A stretch of 64,000 nt of DNA from Pseudomonadota bacterium (GTDB lineage: Bacteria; Myxococcota; JACRCW01; JAFGSX01). This document shows, piece by piece, positions 1-10,341 of this stretch. The stretch is taken from assembly GCA_043821645.1 (NCBI GenBank), contig JBDRCO010000023.1, positions 96,001 through 160,000 on the forward strand, read 5' to 3'. The position numbers and the translations under genes are program-made. The notes under the pieces are model-generated. The model was not told the DNA's origin. It did not search any database and was given only the letters and a program-made list of their open reading frames with translations. Position 1 is the stretch's first letter. Every line of letters starts with the position of its first letter.

Positions 1-1
1 G

Positions 2-1876
2 GTGTGTGGCAACAACGTCCGCGAGGGCGTCGAGACCTGCGACCTGTTCGATCTGGACGGCGAGAGCTGCGAGTCCCTGGGCTGGGGAGCGGGCTTGCTC
101 GCCTGTCGCCAGAACTGCGGCGAGTTCGACGTATCCATGTGCGGTCCACCGCCGGACTGCGGCGACGGCAACCAGGGCGGCATCGAGATCTGCGACGGCG
201 CTGACTTCGGCGGGCTCACCTGCCAGCGCCTGGGCTACCAGGGCGGCGAGCTGAGCTGCGCGGTCAACTGCATGGCCATCGATCGCTCGGGCTGCATCGA
301 GGAGTGCACCCCGAACTGCTCGGGCCGGGTCTGCGGCACCGACCCCGTGTGCGGCATCTCCTGCGGCACCTGCTCGTCGGGCACCTGCAACGCCAGCGGC
401 CAGTGTGAGAGCAGCACCGACGGCGGGCCCTCCTGCCCCGCCAGCCGGGACTGCAGCGGACGCGTGTGCGGTCCGGATCCCGTGTGCGGTACCTCGTGTG
501 GCACCTGCTCGTCGGGGAGCTGCAACACGAGTGGCCAGTGCGTGGGCACCACGTCCTGCACCCAGGGATCGACGCGCTGCTCCACCGACAGCTATGGCGT
601 CGAGGCCTGCGGGGTCAACCTGGCCACCAGTAACACCGAGTACGGGCCGCGGGTGCCCTGCCCGGCGGGCTACAGCTGCTCCTCCGGGGTCTGCGGACAC
701 GGGGCGTGCGTGCGCACCGAGGTGGCCCTGCTCGTCGACCGCTCGTCGAGCATGCTCGACGGGGACACCTGGATCTGGGTCAAGAACGCCACTCTCGCGG
801 CGGCGTACTACTACGATGGACTGAATGCGCTCGGCTTCAAACCTTTTCCGGGTTCGAGCGGTTGCACCGCCGGCACGCTGTCGGCCATGGCCACAGGCAG
901 CGCCAGCACCATCGAGGGTCGGCTGACCGATCCCACGACCAACGCCTCGACGCCGATGGAAGATGCCCTGAGCAACCTCGCCTCGGCCTATGGCGACCCC
1001 AATGCAGGCCAGGCCGTGATCCTGGTCAGCGACGGCGACGAGACCTGCGGTACCGCGACCGGTGCCGTGGCGCAGGCCAGCAACCTGTTCCGGACTGGCG
1101 TCAAGGTCTACACCATCGCGGTCACTACAACGGCCAACCGCACCCTGCTCAATCAGATCGCGCAGGTGGGCGGCACAGGGACCAGCCGCCTGGTCACCAG
1201 CGCCCAGACCCTGTTCGACACCTACAAGGCCATCTTCGCCGAGCTCGGCGCCTGCGCCGACTGCGACGGCAGCAAGCCCAGCTGCAGCAGCAGCACCATG
1301 ATCCGCTTCTGCGACGGCGACACCATGCAGGACTATGACTGCAGCCAGGATTCCAGCGTGTGCGGAACTTACAGCAGTACCGTGGGCGCGCGTTGCCTGG
1401 GCGGACCGGGCTCCTACTGCAGCACCGACATCGAGAGGTACATCAACGTGTGCGATCCCGCGCAGAGCGATCTGTTTTGCTCGACGGACAGCAATCAGTG
1501 TGAGTCCACCTGCCCGTCAACGGACCTGGGCAACGTGGTGGATCCTTATGCCGGCTACTACGCCCCCAGCGGCAGCTCCCAGCAGAGTGGCAGCTGCGGC
1601 GGCTCGAGCTCGGCCGAAGCGGTGTTCACCTGGACGGCGCCGAGCAGCGCCAGCTTCACCTTCAGCACCGAGCAGAATTCCTACGACACGGTGCTGTACA
1701 TTCGCGACAGCTCCTGCACCGGCTCCGAGCTGGGCTGCAACGACAATGTGAGCGCCTCGGTCCTGTCCTCGACCCTCACGCTGTACCTGTACCAGGATGA
1801 CATCGTCACCATCTTCGTCGACGGAAAGACCGCCTCGGGTCCCGGGTCTGGCTACCTCTCGATCACCCAGAACTGA
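2..1876 (+). CDS. Cys-rich surface/secreted protein with vWA domain and C-terminal PPC-like beta domain (5' truncated)
   Basis: Myxobacterial-type CG[DN]G..E.CD repeats; two CSGRVCGxDPVCGxSCGTCSSGxCNxSGQC repeats; vWA MIDAS motif LLVDRSSSM and ILVSDGDETC; YDTVLYIR..C.G.ELGCND PPC-like tail; the ORF is open at the window start. Confidence 0.8.
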   Translation: MCGNNVREGVETCDLFDLDGESCESLGWGAGLLACRQNCGEFDVSMCGPPPDCGDGNQGGIEICDGADFGGLTCQRLGYQGGELSCAVNCMAIDRSGCIEECTPNCSGRVCGTDPVCGISCGTCSSGTCNASGQCESSTDGGPSCPASRDCSGRVCGPDPVCGTSCGTCSSGSCNTSGQCVGTTSCTQGSTRCSTDSYGVEACGVNLATSNTEYGPRVPCPAGYSCSSGVCGHGACVRTEVALLVDRSSSMLDGDTWIWVKNATLAAAYYYDGLNALGFKPFPGSSGCTAGTLSAMATGSASTIEGRLTDPTTNASTPMEDALSNLASAYGDPNAGQAVILVSDGDETCGTATGAVAQASNLFRTGVKVYTIAVTTTANRTLLNQIAQVGGTGTSRLVTSAQTLFDTYKAIFAELGACADCDGSKPSCSSSTMIRFCDGDTMQDYDCSQDSSVCGTYSSTVGARCLGGPGSYCSTDIERYINVCDPAQSDLFCSTDSNQCESTCPSTDLGNVVDPYAGYYAPSGSSQQSGSCGGSSSAEAVFTWTAPSSASFTFSTEQNSYDTVLYIRDSSCTGSELGCNDNVSASVLSSTLTLYLYQDDIVTIFVDGKTASGPGSGYLSITQN

Positions 1877-2022
1877 CAGCCTCCCGTCCTGGCGAATCGC
1901 GAGGTTCGCGCAGCCCTTGTGGCGCCTCTCCCCGCGATGGATAGTGCTCGCAACCGACACGATCTGCCGTGGTTCCAGGCAACGCTCCATCCACGCGATC
2001 GAGGAGGGTGAGGTCGCAGCGC

Positions 2023-3504
2023 ATGATCGACGTGCTCGACATGGTCCTGCTGGTCGCCGGCGTGGCACTGGGCGCCGCGATCGCCACCTGGATCGCCCGT
2101 TCCCAGCGTGCGACCCTGCAGGCCCAGTGGCGCGCCGAGGCCGAGACCGCACGGGCCAGCGCCGAGGGCCGAGCCACCGCTGCCGCCGCCGAGGTCGTCC
2201 AGCTGCGCCAGGATCTCGAGCGGGAGCGCACTCAGGGGCGCGCGGATCGCCAGGCCAAGGAGCAGCAGGAGATCGCGCTGCGCGATCAGCTCGCGGCCCT
2301 GGGCGCCAGCGAGTCCGAACTGCGCGCGGAGCTGGACAACGAACGCGCGAGACTGCAGGAGCAACACACCCTGCTCGACGACGCGAGACGACAACTCGGC
2401 GACGCCTTCAAGGCCCTGAGCGCCGACGCCCTCAAGAGCAACAACCAGGCCTTTCTCGAGCTGGCGCGAACGTCCCTCGAGGCCTTTCAGGAGGGCGCGC
2501 GCGGCGACCTGGAAAAACGCCAGCTTGCCATCGTCGAGCTGGTGAACCCGGTGCGCGAGAGCCTGCAACGCGTCGACGAAAAATTGAACCAGGTGGAGAA
2601 GGAGCGCGAGAGTGCCTACGGCGCGATCCGTCAGCAGCTGGTCGAGATGCAGCAGACTGGCCGCGCCCTGCAGGGAGAAACGGCCAACCTGGTCAAGGCC
2701 CTGCGCGCTCCCCAGGTGCGCGGGCGCTGGGGCGAGATACAGCTCAAGCGCGTGGTCGAGCTGGCCGGCATGCTCGATCACTGCGACTTCGCGGAGCAGC
2801 AGAGCACGCCCACCGAGGACGGCCGGCTGCGGCCGGACCTGATCGTACGGCTGCCCGGTGGCAAACAGATCGTGGTCGATGCCAAGACCCCCCTCGGCGC
2901 CTATCTCGAGGCGGTCGAGGCCACGGACGACGCCCAGCGGGAGCACCACCTGACCGAGCACGCGCGGCAGGTGCGCGATCACGTGACCAAGCTATCCCGA
3001 AAGGCTTACTGGGATCAGTTCGAGCATAGCCCCGAGTTCGTGGTGCTGTTTCTTCCCGGCGAGACCTTCTTCAGCGCGGCCCTGCAAAAGGACCCCTCGC
3101 TCATCGAGATGGGCGTGGAGCAGCGCGTGATCCTGGCCACCCCGACGACGCTCATCGCCTTGCTCCGCGCCGTCGCCTACGGCTGGCGCCAGGAGCGCCT
3201 GGCGGACAACGCGCAGCGCATCAGCAATCTGGGCCGTGAGCTGTACGATCGCGTGGCCACGCTGGCAGACCACTTCTCCGACGTGGGCAAGCATCTGGGC
3301 CGGTCCGTGGAGGCCTACAACAAGGTCGTGGGCTCGCTGGAATCGCGGGTGCTGGTCAGCGCGCGCAAGTTCAAGGAGCTGGACGCAGCTCCCGGTGATC
3401 GCGACATCCCTGCGCCTGCACCCATCGAGAAACAGATCCGCACGGCGCAAGCCCCCGAGCTGCCCTTGCTCGACGTCAGCACGCGATCTCGCAGTTCCTC
3501 GTAA
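2023..3504 (+). CDS. rmuC: DNA recombination protein RmuC
   Basis: N-terminal TM, coiled coil, [47 protein letters not shown] motifs. Confidence 0.93.
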   Translation: MIDVLDMVLLVAGVALGAAIATWIARSQRATLQAQWRAEAETARASAEGRATAAAAEVVQLRQDLERERTQGRADRQAKEQQEIALRDQLAALGASESELRAELDNERARLQEQHTLLDDARRQLGDAFKALSADALKSNNQAFLELARTSLEAFQEGARGDLEKRQLAIVELVNPVRESLQRVDEKLNQVEKERESAYGAIRQQLVEMQQTGRALQGETANLVKALRAPQVRGRWGEIQLKRVVELAGMLDHCDFAEQQSTPTEDGRLRPDLIVRLPGGKQIVVDAKTPLGAYLEAVEATDDAQREHHLTEHARQVRDHVTKLSRKAYWDQFEHSPEFVVLFLPGETFFSAALQKDPSLIEMGVEQRVILATPTTLIALLRAVAYGWRQERLADNAQRISNLGRELYDRVATLADHFSDVGKHLGRSVEAYNKVVGSLESRVLVSARKFKELDAAPGDRDIPAPAPIEKQIRTAQAPELPLLDVSTRSRSSS

Positions 3505-3819
3505 CCTTCGACGCGCGCCTCGTTTCCCCTCGTGCTGCGAAGAAGCCGCGCCGAGGCTGGTGTGCACGCACGGATTCACCCTGAGAGATCGTCTCGCCTC
3601 AGGCCGGGCGGGGCACGCAGGCCGGGCGCTGGCAGGGCCGCCGGCGCTCGTAGTATTCTGATGCGCGTCGGGTTGTCGTCCTCTCGTGGCTGGCTCAGCC
3701 GAGGTTCTCGGTGAACCTGAGACGACGCGAACCGTCGCGGACGAGGGCGGGGCGCCAGGTCCAATCTGGAGTCACGCGATCCCGCAGGAGAGCGCGCTCA
3801 ACGGCGAGAGGCGGTCCCG

Positions 3820-4122
3820 GTGACAGACTCACGGTTCAAGCAAGACTCGCTGATCATGCGCGAGGCTCACTTCAAGAACCTGCATCCCACACCGATCGCG
3901 GAACGCATCCACGAGATCCTGTCCAGCGAGATGGGACCCATCATCGCCACCGCAGCCATACGCCGGGCCTCGGATCATGCTCACATCGCCATCGACGTCA
4001 TGGCCGCATCCGACATGCGCGAGGTCATCCCAGTGATCCTGAACTCGCTCAAGCCCTACCGGACGTCGGAGCTGCTCCGACAGCAGCTGCAGACGCTGCT
4101 CGAGGAACTGGCACCACGCTGA
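3820..4122 (+). CDS. small helical hypothetical protein
   Basis: 100-aa ORF with typical codon usage and a GAGAGG RBS; no family recognised. Confidence 0.65.
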   Translation: MTDSRFKQDSLIMREAHFKNLHPTPIAERIHEILSSEMGPIIATAAIRRASDHAHIAIDVMAASDMREVIPVILNSLKPYRTSELLRQQLQTLLEELAPR

Positions 4123-4134
4123 GCCGGACCAGGT

Positions 4135-6594
4135 TCAGCGCGACGTGTCGTCGAGAATGGTGATCTGGCGTGGCGTCTTGACCACGATCTCGGGGCTGCC
4201 AAAGGCGCGAATGACGCCCGTGATGGCCACATTCTTGCCGGTCAGACCACGCTCCAGGTCTATGCCCTGCCGCGTGAACGCGTCGGCCTGGTGCGCGAAG
4301 ATCACGGCCACGAAGCCTTGGCCATGGGTGAAGTGGAGCCGGATGACCTTGTCGGTGGTGTCGACCCGGAGCACCCGCCCCTCGACGCGAGCGGTGCGCC
4401 CGATGTGCAGGTTGGCCTCGAGAGGGGTGACGATGGGGTCCCCCACCAGCTTGGCCGAGAGGTAGCCGCTCTTGCCGCCGGGCAGTGCCACCTCGAGGAA
4501 GGCGGGGCCGCGTCCCTGGCTACCGCCGACCTCGCTGATCACACTCACACGGTCACCCCTGGCAAGCTGGCGCAACTTGCGCGCACGCGCGGCGGGTTTG
4601 TCGCCCACCACGGCCCGGCTCGCGGCGATGGCAACCTGGTACAACCTGGATTGGCGCCAGTCCTCGACGAAGAGGTCGCGGTAATAGCCCGCCACCTTGG
4701 GGTGGCGAACGATGGTTCCGACCTCACGGTTGCCCTTGAAACTGTTCTCGCTCCAGTTGATCGAACCCACAAACACCTGTTCACCATCGACGATCACACC
4801 CTTGGCGTGCACCTTCTCGACCTGGGTCGACGCCAGGTTGATGACCTTGGCCTCGAGGTCGAGATGCTCGACCCGTGCCAGCTCGTTCAGGTAGGCCACG
4901 GAGTCGTCGTTGTCGCGGTCATCACTGGCCTCGGCGTTGTACCAGGTACCGTCGACCAGGACACGGGTTCGCACACCGCGCCGAGCCGTCTCCACCACCG
5001 CGGCTAGCGCGAGGTTGGGCGCGGTCTCCAGGGTGTCGCCGCGCTTGCCCCAGTGCAGCGGGATGCTGTTCTGCAGCACCAGCAGCTCCTTCTTCGCGCT
5101 GCGAACCAGACCGAGCAGCGAGCTGTTCTCGTTGAGGCTGTTGTCCGGAGACAGCACGAGAGCGAGATCCATGCGGCCCTGAACCTCGAGCGGCGTCGCG
5201 GTGCGCGTGAAGTTGCCGCGGATCACAGTGCGGTCGGGCTGGAAGCGAGGGTTGCGGAAAGGGCGGCCGTAGGCATCGTCGCTGCTGGCGTCGATGGAGC
5301 GCACGTCGCTGGAGCGGCCTGGCGCCATGTCGGCGTTCCACACGTCGCGCAGTTGCTGCACGAAGCCGGGGTGTTCGATCTGGATCTCCCAGCCGCGATT
5401 GCCGAAGCTGGGATCCGCGGGATGACCGGTACGACCGTAGTTCTCGGTGCCGATGACGGCGATCCTGTCATCGATGATGGCGTACTTGCTGTGATCAAAA
5501 CGATAGCGCGCACTCACCTGCGCCTTTTTGTCCCTGACCAGGAAGTAGATCTTGGCACCACCCGTGTGCAGCCGGTCCAGGATGTAACGCGACTGGTCTT
5601 CGAGTCCGCCCACAGGCGAGCCCTCGGTCCAGATGGTCACGGCCACGCCGCGCTTGAGCGCGTTCTCGAGATGATCGGCGAGCAGATCGTTGGTGAACTT
5701 GTACACCGAGACATCGATGCTGCGCTGTGCGAGGTCAAAGGCGGAGGCCAGGGCCGCAAAATTGTTCTCGGGGGCCGAGGAACAAACCACCCGGGCTTCG
5801 ACATTGTGCAGCGGGTGAAAGGGAAATCGCGTCTGCCCGGGGAGCTCGACGCGATGGGAGGGATCCGTCCCCAGCTGCGTCCGGCTGAAGCCGCTGTTCC
5901 AATCCGCCGCGGTGTTGGTGTCCGCCAGCAGGTGGCCGGCCTCGTCGCGGTCGCGCGCCAGGATCTGGCCGGTCCAGCCAAAGATGGTGGCGTCTGCAAG
6001 CCTCAGCGGGGACCCCGTCCAGCTCCGGGGCGGCACGGTGGACAGATCCAGGGGACGATCGCGGTGCCTGTCGTACGCGACCAGGTCGACCAGCTCGCCT
6101 GCGCGATCGTGCAGGCTGACCACTCCGTGCTGGGCGAAGAGATCGAGCCAGCCGTTGATGACATGCAGATTGGGCACCTCGGGATCCGTATCCACCGCCT
6201 CGTAGGCTGGCTTGAATCCAAACACACTCTGAAAGCCGCGAGCGGTGTGTGCCACCCAGATGTCGCCCAGGGGCGGAATGGTCGCCCCCGAGGGGAGCAT
6301 CACCGTGTGCGCCGAGCCTCCCGGATCCTGGTCAAGAGGCGCGCGGTCCTCTTGCCCACGCTGACGTCGAGGACCGTAGCGATCCGAGAGCTTGAAGTCG
6401 CCCACGTCAAGGTCTCCCTCGGCGCGGGTGCTGGTGAGACGTATCGCCTCCTCGGGCTCGGGGTCGCCCTTGAGCCGCCCGTCAAACAACACGCCGGAGA
6501 TGCGCACCGCCTGGGCCGTGGCGTCGGGACGCGCGGGACCCGCCATGACCAGCAGCGCTGCGATCAGGCTGCACCACGTCGACACGTTCTTCAT
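4135..6594 (-). CDS. secreted phospholipase D-family protein (lamin-tail-like N-terminus, two HKD motifs, SH3-like and OB-fold C-terminus)
   Basis: Signal peptide; HSKYAIID and HAKGVIVD HKD motifs; GSINWS..S..GNREVG. Confidence 0.85.
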   Translation of the reverse strand: MKNVSTWCSLIAALLVMAGPARPDATAQAVRISGVLFDGRLKGDPEPEEAIRLTSTRAEGDLDVGDFKLSDRYGPRRQRGQEDRAPLDQDPGGSAHTVMLPSGATIPPLGDIWVAHTARGFQSVFGFKPAYEAVDTDPEVPNLHVINGWLDLFAQHGVVSLHDRAGELVDLVAYDRHRDRPLDLSTVPPRSWTGSPLRLADATIFGWTGQILARDRDEAGHLLADTNTAADWNSGFSRTQLGTDPSHRVELPGQTRFPFHPLHNVEARVVCSSAPENNFAALASAFDLAQRSIDVSVYKFTNDLLADHLENALKRGVAVTIWTEGSPVGGLEDQSRYILDRLHTGGAKIYFLVRDKKAQVSARYRFDHSKYAIIDDRIAVIGTENYGRTGHPADPSFGNRGWEIQIEHPGFVQQLRDVWNADMAPGRSSDVRSIDASSDDAYGRPFRNPRFQPDRTVIRGNFTRTATPLEVQGRMDLALVLSPDNSLNENSSLLGLVRSAKKELLVLQNSIPLHWGKRGDTLETAPNLALAAVVETARRGVRTRVLVDGTWYNAEASDDRDNDDSVAYLNELARVEHLDLEAKVINLASTQVEKVHAKGVIVDGEQVFVGSINWSENSFKGNREVGTIVRHPKVAGYYRDLFVEDWRQSRLYQVAIAASRAVVGDKPAARARKLRQLARGDRVSVISEVGGSQGRGPAFLEVALPGGKSGYLSAKLVGDPIVTPLEANLHIGRTARVEGRVLRVDTTDKVIRLHFTHGQGFVAVIFAHQADAFTRQGIDLERGLTGKNVAITGVIRAFGSPEIVVKTPRQITILDDTSR

Positions 6595-6659
6595 CAGTGT
6601 TCCTGGGGCTGGTTCGCCGTTCGCCGACGGTGAGGGGTGCACATGCCCGACTATAGGCT

Positions 6660-7721
6660 CTAGCGCGGCTCGCGATCCATGGCTGGCATACCGGGGATGG
6701 TCGTGGGCTCGCCGAGGCTGGCCTGGCGCATCCCGGGACCGGGAGGGGGCATGGACACCGGTACCACGCCGGTCTTGACGGCGGCCACGGCCAGCACGGG
6801 CTCCGACGCACCGGGGATGGCCAGACCCAGGCCTCCAAGGACCTGATCCATGTTCGAGAGGTCGTTCGGCAGCAGCACACGCGTGCCGGGGTTGGCCAGG
6901 GCCGACATCTTGGAGATGTAAGCCTCACCGAGGCGCAGGCTCACGGCCTCGACGCCACCGGGTTGCGACAGCACCTTGCCCATCTTGCGGATCGACTCGG
7001 CGGTGGCCTGGGCCACGGCCAGGATCTCCTCTGCGCGTCCCTGGGCCTCGTTGATGCACCGCTGCTTCTCGCCTTCGCTGCGGTTGATGGCCTCGGTGCG
7101 GCTGGCCTCGCTGACGTTGATGCGAGCCTGCCGCTCGCCCTCGCTGCGCGCGAGCAGGGCGCGGCGGTCTCGCTCGGCGCCCATCTGGCGCTCCATGCTG
7201 TTGCGCACACTCCCGGGCACCACGATGTTCTTGACCTCGTACCGGTGCACCTTGATGCCCCAGGCCTCGCTGACCTCGTTGAGCACGCTGACCACCCGCG
7301 AGCTGATGGCGTCGCGCTCCTCGAAGGTGCGATCCAGCTCGAGGGTGCCGATGACGGACCGGGTCGTGGTCTGGGCAAGCTGGATGGCCGCCCACTTGTA
7401 GTTGGTGACGCCGTAACTCGCGTTCACCGGGTTCATCACGCTCAGGTACAGGACACCGTCGACCTCGACCTTGACGTTGTCCTTGGTGAAGCAGTCCTGC
7501 GGCGGGACATCGATGGTCTCCTCGCGCAGATCTTGCTGGTAGGCCACCCGATCGATGAAGGGCAGCAGCATGTGAAAGCCCGCGTTCCAGGTCTGGTGAT
7601 AGCGTCCGAGCCGCTCGACGATGTGCGCTCGACGGTTCGGCACCAACCGGAAGCAGCGGGCCAGGTTGAAGACCACGATCAGGGCCAGCAGCACCCAGAT
7701 TCCGACGGCGATGTAGAACAT
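6660..7721 (-). CDS. SPFH/band 7 (QmcA/paraslipin-like) protein
   Basis: N-terminal TM; IVERLGRY, PPQDCFTKDNVKVEVDGVLY, AQTTTRSVIG. Confidence 0.92.
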   Translation of the reverse strand: MFYIAVGIWVLLALIVVFNLARCFRLVPNRRAHIVERLGRYHQTWNAGFHMLLPFIDRVAYQQDLREETIDVPPQDCFTKDNVKVEVDGVLYLSVMNPVNASYGVTNYKWAAIQLAQTTTRSVIGTLELDRTFEERDAISSRVVSVLNEVSEAWGIKVHRYEVKNIVVPGSVRNSMERQMGAERDRRALLARSEGERQARINVSEASRTEAINRSEGEKQRCINEAQGRAEEILAVAQATAESIRKMGKVLSQPGGVEAVSLRLGEAYISKMSALANPGTRVLLPNDLSNMDQVLGGLGLAIPGASEPVLAVAAVKTGVVPVSMPPPGPGMRQASLGEPTTIPGMPAMDREPR

Positions 7722-7802
7722 GGCACTCTCCTTGTCTTCACACGGGCGGGCGGCCTGCCCGTTGCCACCGGGACCCGTCCCGGCAGCATCCTCCTGCAGC
7801 GT

Positions 7803-8777
7803 CTAGCGACTTGGCCGCGTGGCCGGTGACGCCGTTCGAGCAGGCGCCGCGGGCCCGTTTTCGACGCTGCTCGCCACCTCACCCAGCCCCCGGAAGAAGC
7901 CCTGCATCTCGGCCAGGCGCGTTGGCACGACCGACACCCGGGCGGCTTCCATGATTCGGCCGAACTCGTCGATGTACTGCTCGACCAGCTGCGTGCGCAC
8001 GGCCAGCCGCCCACCAGGTGCGTGAATGGCCTCGGAGACGATGCGAATGCCCTCGGAGGTGGCCTCGGCGAGCAGTCGGATCTCCTCGGCGCGACCGCTG
8101 GCCACGTTGATGCGGCGCTGCTTTTCGCCCTCGGACAGGTTGACCGCCTCTTGTCGCTCGCCCTCGCTGATCGCGATCTTGCTCTCCTTCTGCCCGGTGG
8201 AGAGCGTGATCTCGGCGCGCTTATTGCGCTCGGCCTCCATCTGCTTCTCCATGGTGTCGATGACCCGCTTGGACGGGTTGATGTTCATGATCTCGTAGCG
8301 GATCATCTTGATGCCCCAGGGCTCCGAGGCCTTGTCGATCTCGCGCACGATGGACTCGTTGACCTTGTCGCGCTCGCTGAAGGTGTCCTCGAGGTCCAGC
8401 TTGCCTATCTCCGACCGCATGGTGGTCTGGGCCAGGTTGATGGTGGCGGCCCTGTAGTCACCGATGCCGTAGCTCGCCTTGTGGGCGTTCATCACCTTGA
8501 GGTAGACGATGCCGTCGACATCGACCTGGATGTTGTCGCGGGTGATGCAGGACTGCGCCGGGATATCGATGACCTGCTCGCGCATCTCGTTGCGGTAGGC
8601 CGCGCGATCGATAAACGGCACCATGAAATGAAAGCCTGGGCTCAGGGTTCCGGCGTACTTGCCCAGGCGCTCCTTCACCACGTTCTCGCGCATGGGTACG
8701 ATGACGAAGGTCTTCCAGATGAAGAGCATCAGCACCAGGCAGCTGATGGTCAGCACAAAGAACAGGGTTTCGCCCAT
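7803..8777 (-). CDS. SPFH/band 7 (QmcA/paraslipin-like) protein, paralogue
   Basis: ERLGKY, PAQSCITRDNIQVDVDG, AQTTMRSEIG, MEKQMEAER; start set at MGETL after a GGAGGG RBS. Confidence 0.92.
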   Translation of the reverse strand: MGETLFFVLTISCLVLMLFIWKTFVIVPMRENVVKERLGKYAGTLSPGFHFMVPFIDRAAYRNEMREQVIDIPAQSCITRDNIQVDVDGIVYLKVMNAHKASYGIGDYRAATINLAQTTMRSEIGKLDLEDTFSERDKVNESIVREIDKASEPWGIKMIRYEIMNINPSKRVIDTMEKQMEAERNKRAEITLSTGQKESKIAISEGERQEAVNLSEGEKQRRINVASGRAEEIRLLAEATSEGIRIVSEAIHAPGGRLAVRTQLVEQYIDEFGRIMEAARVSVVPTRLAEMQGFFRGLGEVASSVENGPAAPARTASPATRPSR

Positions 8778-8778
8778 C

Positions 8779-9273
8779 TCAGTTCCCTCCTTTTTTGTCG
8801 GCACCTTCGAGCGCGTTCACGGGCTCGACGACCCAGCCCAGACCATCCTTTTCCTGGTACAGCAGGCGCGCATGTTCTCCCTCGTCGACCCGCCCCTCGA
8901 GACAGCGTGCCGGCCAGGATGTCCCCTGGTAGCGAATGCGACCAACCAGCTGGTCGTCGTCGCAGGGCTCCAGCACCTCGACCAGAGTGCCGTAGGCACT
9001 CAGCGCCTCGTCCGTGTTCTCGCGGGTGAATTCCGCGGGCAGGAACTTCCTGGCCACACGACGCAGTGCAGCAACCAGCGCCAGGGAGCACACCACCCAC
9101 ACCCCCAGCGCCGCCGGCACGCTGGCCACCACCCCCAGCCACACCACCGCGGCCACGATCAGGGCCGCTCCCCCCAGAAACACCGCGACCAGACCCGGGA
9201 TCAGCATCTCGCTGGCCACCAGACCTATCCCGGCAACCAACCAGATCAAGGCATGAATATCGCTTCCGCTCAC
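8779..9273 (-). CDS. NfeD-family membrane protein
   Basis: WLVAGIGLVASE TM segments plus C-terminal OB fold GRIRYQGTSW; adjacent to SPFH genes as is typical. Confidence 0.85.
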   Translation of the reverse strand: MSGSDIHALIWLVAGIGLVASEMLIPGLVAVFLGGAALIVAAVVWLGVVASVPAALGVWVVCSLALVAALRRVARKFLPAEFTRENTDEALSAYGTLVEVLEPCDDDQLVGRIRYQGTSWPARCLEGRVDEGEHARLLYQEKDGLGWVVEPVNALEGADKKGGN

Positions 9274-9426
9274 GACCCTCTCCCCGTCGAGCTCTGCGCT
9301 CTCGTCGTCGACCATAGCGCCGGGTCTTCCTCACGTGCAACAGCCCCTCCGTGAGGCAGCAGAATGTTTGGGCCTCGGATGCGTCCAAGGGACGAAGCTG
9401 GATTGCCCGTGGATGGAGTCTGGGTG

Positions 9427-10311
9427 ATGATGCACCTCATGCGCGTTCATCGATCGCTCCCGGGCAGCCTGGTCCGTGCCACTCGTGATGAGGTCGAGCC
9501 GATCGCACGGCTCCGGGGCCTGCTGATTCCGGCAGTTCTGATCGCGCTGTGCACCGGCGCCAGCCAGCCTGCCTCGCAGGACGCCGCGACAGACTCGTCG
9601 ACGGCGGCGGGAAGCTGGACGGAGCTGCCCCGAATCGGCGAGGAGTTCACCTACGCGGTGGACTACAGCGGCGTTGTGGGGGCCTACATCAAGGTCAAGG
9701 TGGGCGAGGGCCCCAAGAACCAGCCGGGCAGCCGCGTGCTCACGGCCTACCTCGCCACCACGCCCCTGGTGCAGCAGATCTGGCGCATTCGCGACAAGCT
9801 GATGTCGCTGTACGTGCCCGATCAGGGACGTACCGTGGCGACTCGCCTGTGGGAGGACGAGAACGGCAAGCGCATGTTCCGCGAGGAGAAATATCACGAC
9901 GGTGGGGTGCAGGTGGTCGAGAAGCGGCCCGATCAGGAGCGCGCCTTCGACGTCCAATCACAGCCTCCGCTGCTCGACGGCTTCTCGGCGCTGTTCGAGC
10001 TACGCCGGCGTCCGCTGCAGCCGGACACGGTGGAGCCAGCGCGCATCTACCTCAATCGCAAGATCTACGACTGCGCCGCCGCGGTCCGCCGCGACACCAT
10101 CACCTACCAGGGTCAGGACGTGCCGGTGCTGCGTGTGGATCCTGTGCTGACCTACCAGGGCAAGGCCGTCAACGACGTGAGCTTCAGCTTCTGGCTCAGT
10201 GACGACGACAAGCGCGTGCCCCTCAAGATCGAAGCCGACGTGCGCTACGGCAAGCTTGCCGGGACACTGCTCCCCCCGAAGGAGAGCGCTGCGGTGGCCA
10301 CGGACGGGTGA
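9427..10311 (+). CDS. DUF3108-like exported protein
   Basis: GEEFTYAVDYSG N-terminal motif and WLSDDDKRVPLKIEADVRYG C-terminal motif; start uncertain. Confidence 0.7.
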   Translation: MMHLMRVHRSLPGSLVRATRDEVEPIARLRGLLIPAVLIALCTGASQPASQDAATDSSTAAGSWTELPRIGEEFTYAVDYSGVVGAYIKVKVGEGPKNQPGSRVLTAYLATTPLVQQIWRIRDKLMSLYVPDQGRTVATRLWEDENGKRMFREEKYHDGGVQVVEKRPDQERAFDVQSQPPLLDGFSALFELRRRPLQPDTVEPARIYLNRKIYDCAAAVRRDTITYQGQDVPVLRVDPVLTYQGKAVNDVSFSFWLSDDDKRVPLKIEADVRYGKLAGTLLPPKESAAVATDG

Positions 10312-10341
10312 GCGCGTGTTCGCTGCAGGCGGTGTGGCAGC

